In this document: piece after piece, positions 1 to 467 of the stretch
How the letters are laid out: every line of letters starts with the position of its first letter
Numbering within the stretch: the first letter of the stretch is position 1
Assembly: GCF_003334255.1 (NCBI RefSeq)
Contig: NZ_QOWU01000234.1
Length of the DNA: 467 nt
Reading direction: 5' to 3' (one strand)
From: Escherichia coli
GTDB lineage: Bacteria > Pseudomonadota > Gammaproteobacteria > Enterobacterales > Enterobacteriaceae
Made by a program: the position numbers and the translations under genes
Notes under the pieces: model-generated
The model's database searches: none
Told to the model about the DNA's origin: nothing
What the model saw: only the letters and a program-made list of their open reading frames with translations

Positions 1-467
1 AGCGCACTGACCAGCGTATCCAGTTCCCAGCCGGTGCGGGCCGATACGGCCACAACCGGATGTACGGGCCGGAACAGACGGAATACCGCCTCCGTTTTTT
101 CGCGAATATTCTGTGCCTGTGCAGGAGAAGGCTGAATACCGGCCATATCCCATTCATGGCAGGGCTCCGTTTTGTCGGCCTGCGTCACCACAAACAGTAC
201 CCGCTGATGTCCCCGGTGCAGGATGTGTTGCCAGAAATACTCATCCACAGACAGGGCACGGTCATCGGCTTTAATCAGCCACAGTACCAGGTCCAGTTCA
301 GGCAGAATGTCACGGTACAGGGCCTCATACTCTGCATCCCTGTCCCGGCTCTCGCCCACCCCGGGCAGGTCAGTGATAACCATGCTGTGACCGTGGCCAC
401 TCAGACGGAAGCGCCGTACTTCCCGGGTGCCGGCGTGAACATCACTGACCGGGGTGACCTCCCCCTG
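1..467 (-). CDS. Internal fragment (both ends outside the window) of a small GTP-binding protein with a Ras-like/TRAFAC G domain (MMR_HSR1, '50S ribosome-binding GTPase'-like); resembles the YfjP/YkfA/YeeP family of cryptic-prophage/genomic-island GTPases
   Basis: Seen in sequence: the minus-strand frame whose first codon is the complement of 467..465 is open for all 155 codons. Codon choice is enterobacterial-like (frequent CTG Leu, G/C-rich third positions). G-domain motifs occur in the expected order and spacing: G2 'GTRE' (420-431), G3 'VITDLPGVGE' with DxxG at 360-371, G4 'LFVVTQADK' (171-185), G5 'VVAVSAR' with SAR at 36-44. G3 to G4 is about 60 residues and G4 to G5 about 44, typical of a G domain. 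The P-loop (G1) should lie about 20-40 nt beyond position 467. Family assignment is from recalled similarity to E. coli CP4-prophage GTPases, not from a search, so no gene symbol is given. Confidence 0.85.

Noticed and set aside
76-100. Possible Rho-independent terminator on the plus strand: short stem ACGGA (78-82) / TCCGT (91-95) with an 8-nt loop, followed by a T-run.
   Set aside because: The stem is only 5 bp (3 G:C pairs), the loop is long, and the element lies inside an uninterrupted ORF on the opposite strand. The T-run is simply the antisense of a GAA-AAA codon pair. It is too weak to call.
368-392. Imperfect inverted repeat ggtcag ... gtgacc that could look like an operator or recombination site.
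   Set aside because: Only 5 of 6 positions match, it is short, and it sits within coding sequence (around the G3 motif). It is within chance expectation for GC-rich DNA.
3-467. A second ORF on the plus strand (frame starting at position 3) that is open across the entire window.
   Set aside because: It is the codon-register antisense frame of the GTPase gene. It stays open only because the sense strand contains no TTA, CTA or TCA codons, which is common in GC-rich genes. Its translation is Q/R-rich and low-complexity with no recognisable motifs, whereas the minus-strand frame gives an ordered set of G-domain motifs and host-like codon usage. An overlapping antisense gene cannot be strictly excluded without expression data.
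1-467. Assigning a specific gene symbol (yfjP, ykfA or yeeP) or a specific prophage (CP4-57, CP4-6, CP4-44).
   Set aside because: These paralogs are very similar and I cannot align against references here. Naming one would be a guess, so only the family is called.
1-467. Start codon, RBS, promoter or stop codon for the GTPase gene.
   Set aside because: None is in the window: the frame is open at both edges. The internal ATG codons in this frame (e.g. the Met in HSMVITDLPG) lie downstream of the predicted G2 motif and cannot be the true start of a G domain.

Overview
The whole 467-nt window lies inside a single protein-coding gene on the minus strand, truncated at both window edges (155 complete codons, no stop, no start or RBS visible). 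The conceptual translation reads ...QGEVTPVSDVHAGTREVRRFRLSGHGHSMVITDLPGVGESRDRDAEYEALYRDILPELDLVLWLIKADDRALSVDEYFWQHILHRGHQRVLFVVTQADKTEPCHEWDMAGIQPSPAQAQNIREKTEAVFRLFRPVHPVVAVSARTGWELDTLVSA... and carries G2-G5 GTPase motifs in canonical order and spacing. From memory, without a database search, it resembles the poorly characterised YfjP/YkfA/YeeP family of small GTP-binding proteins found in enterobacterial CP4-type cryptic prophages and integrative islands. I cannot tell which paralog it is. There is no intergenic DNA, RNA gene, repeat array or mobile-element terminus in the window. I cannot support a claim of a new biological system from this window alone; the most useful leads are the unknown function of this GTPase family, its atypical G4 motif, and the island context it implies for the flanking DNA.
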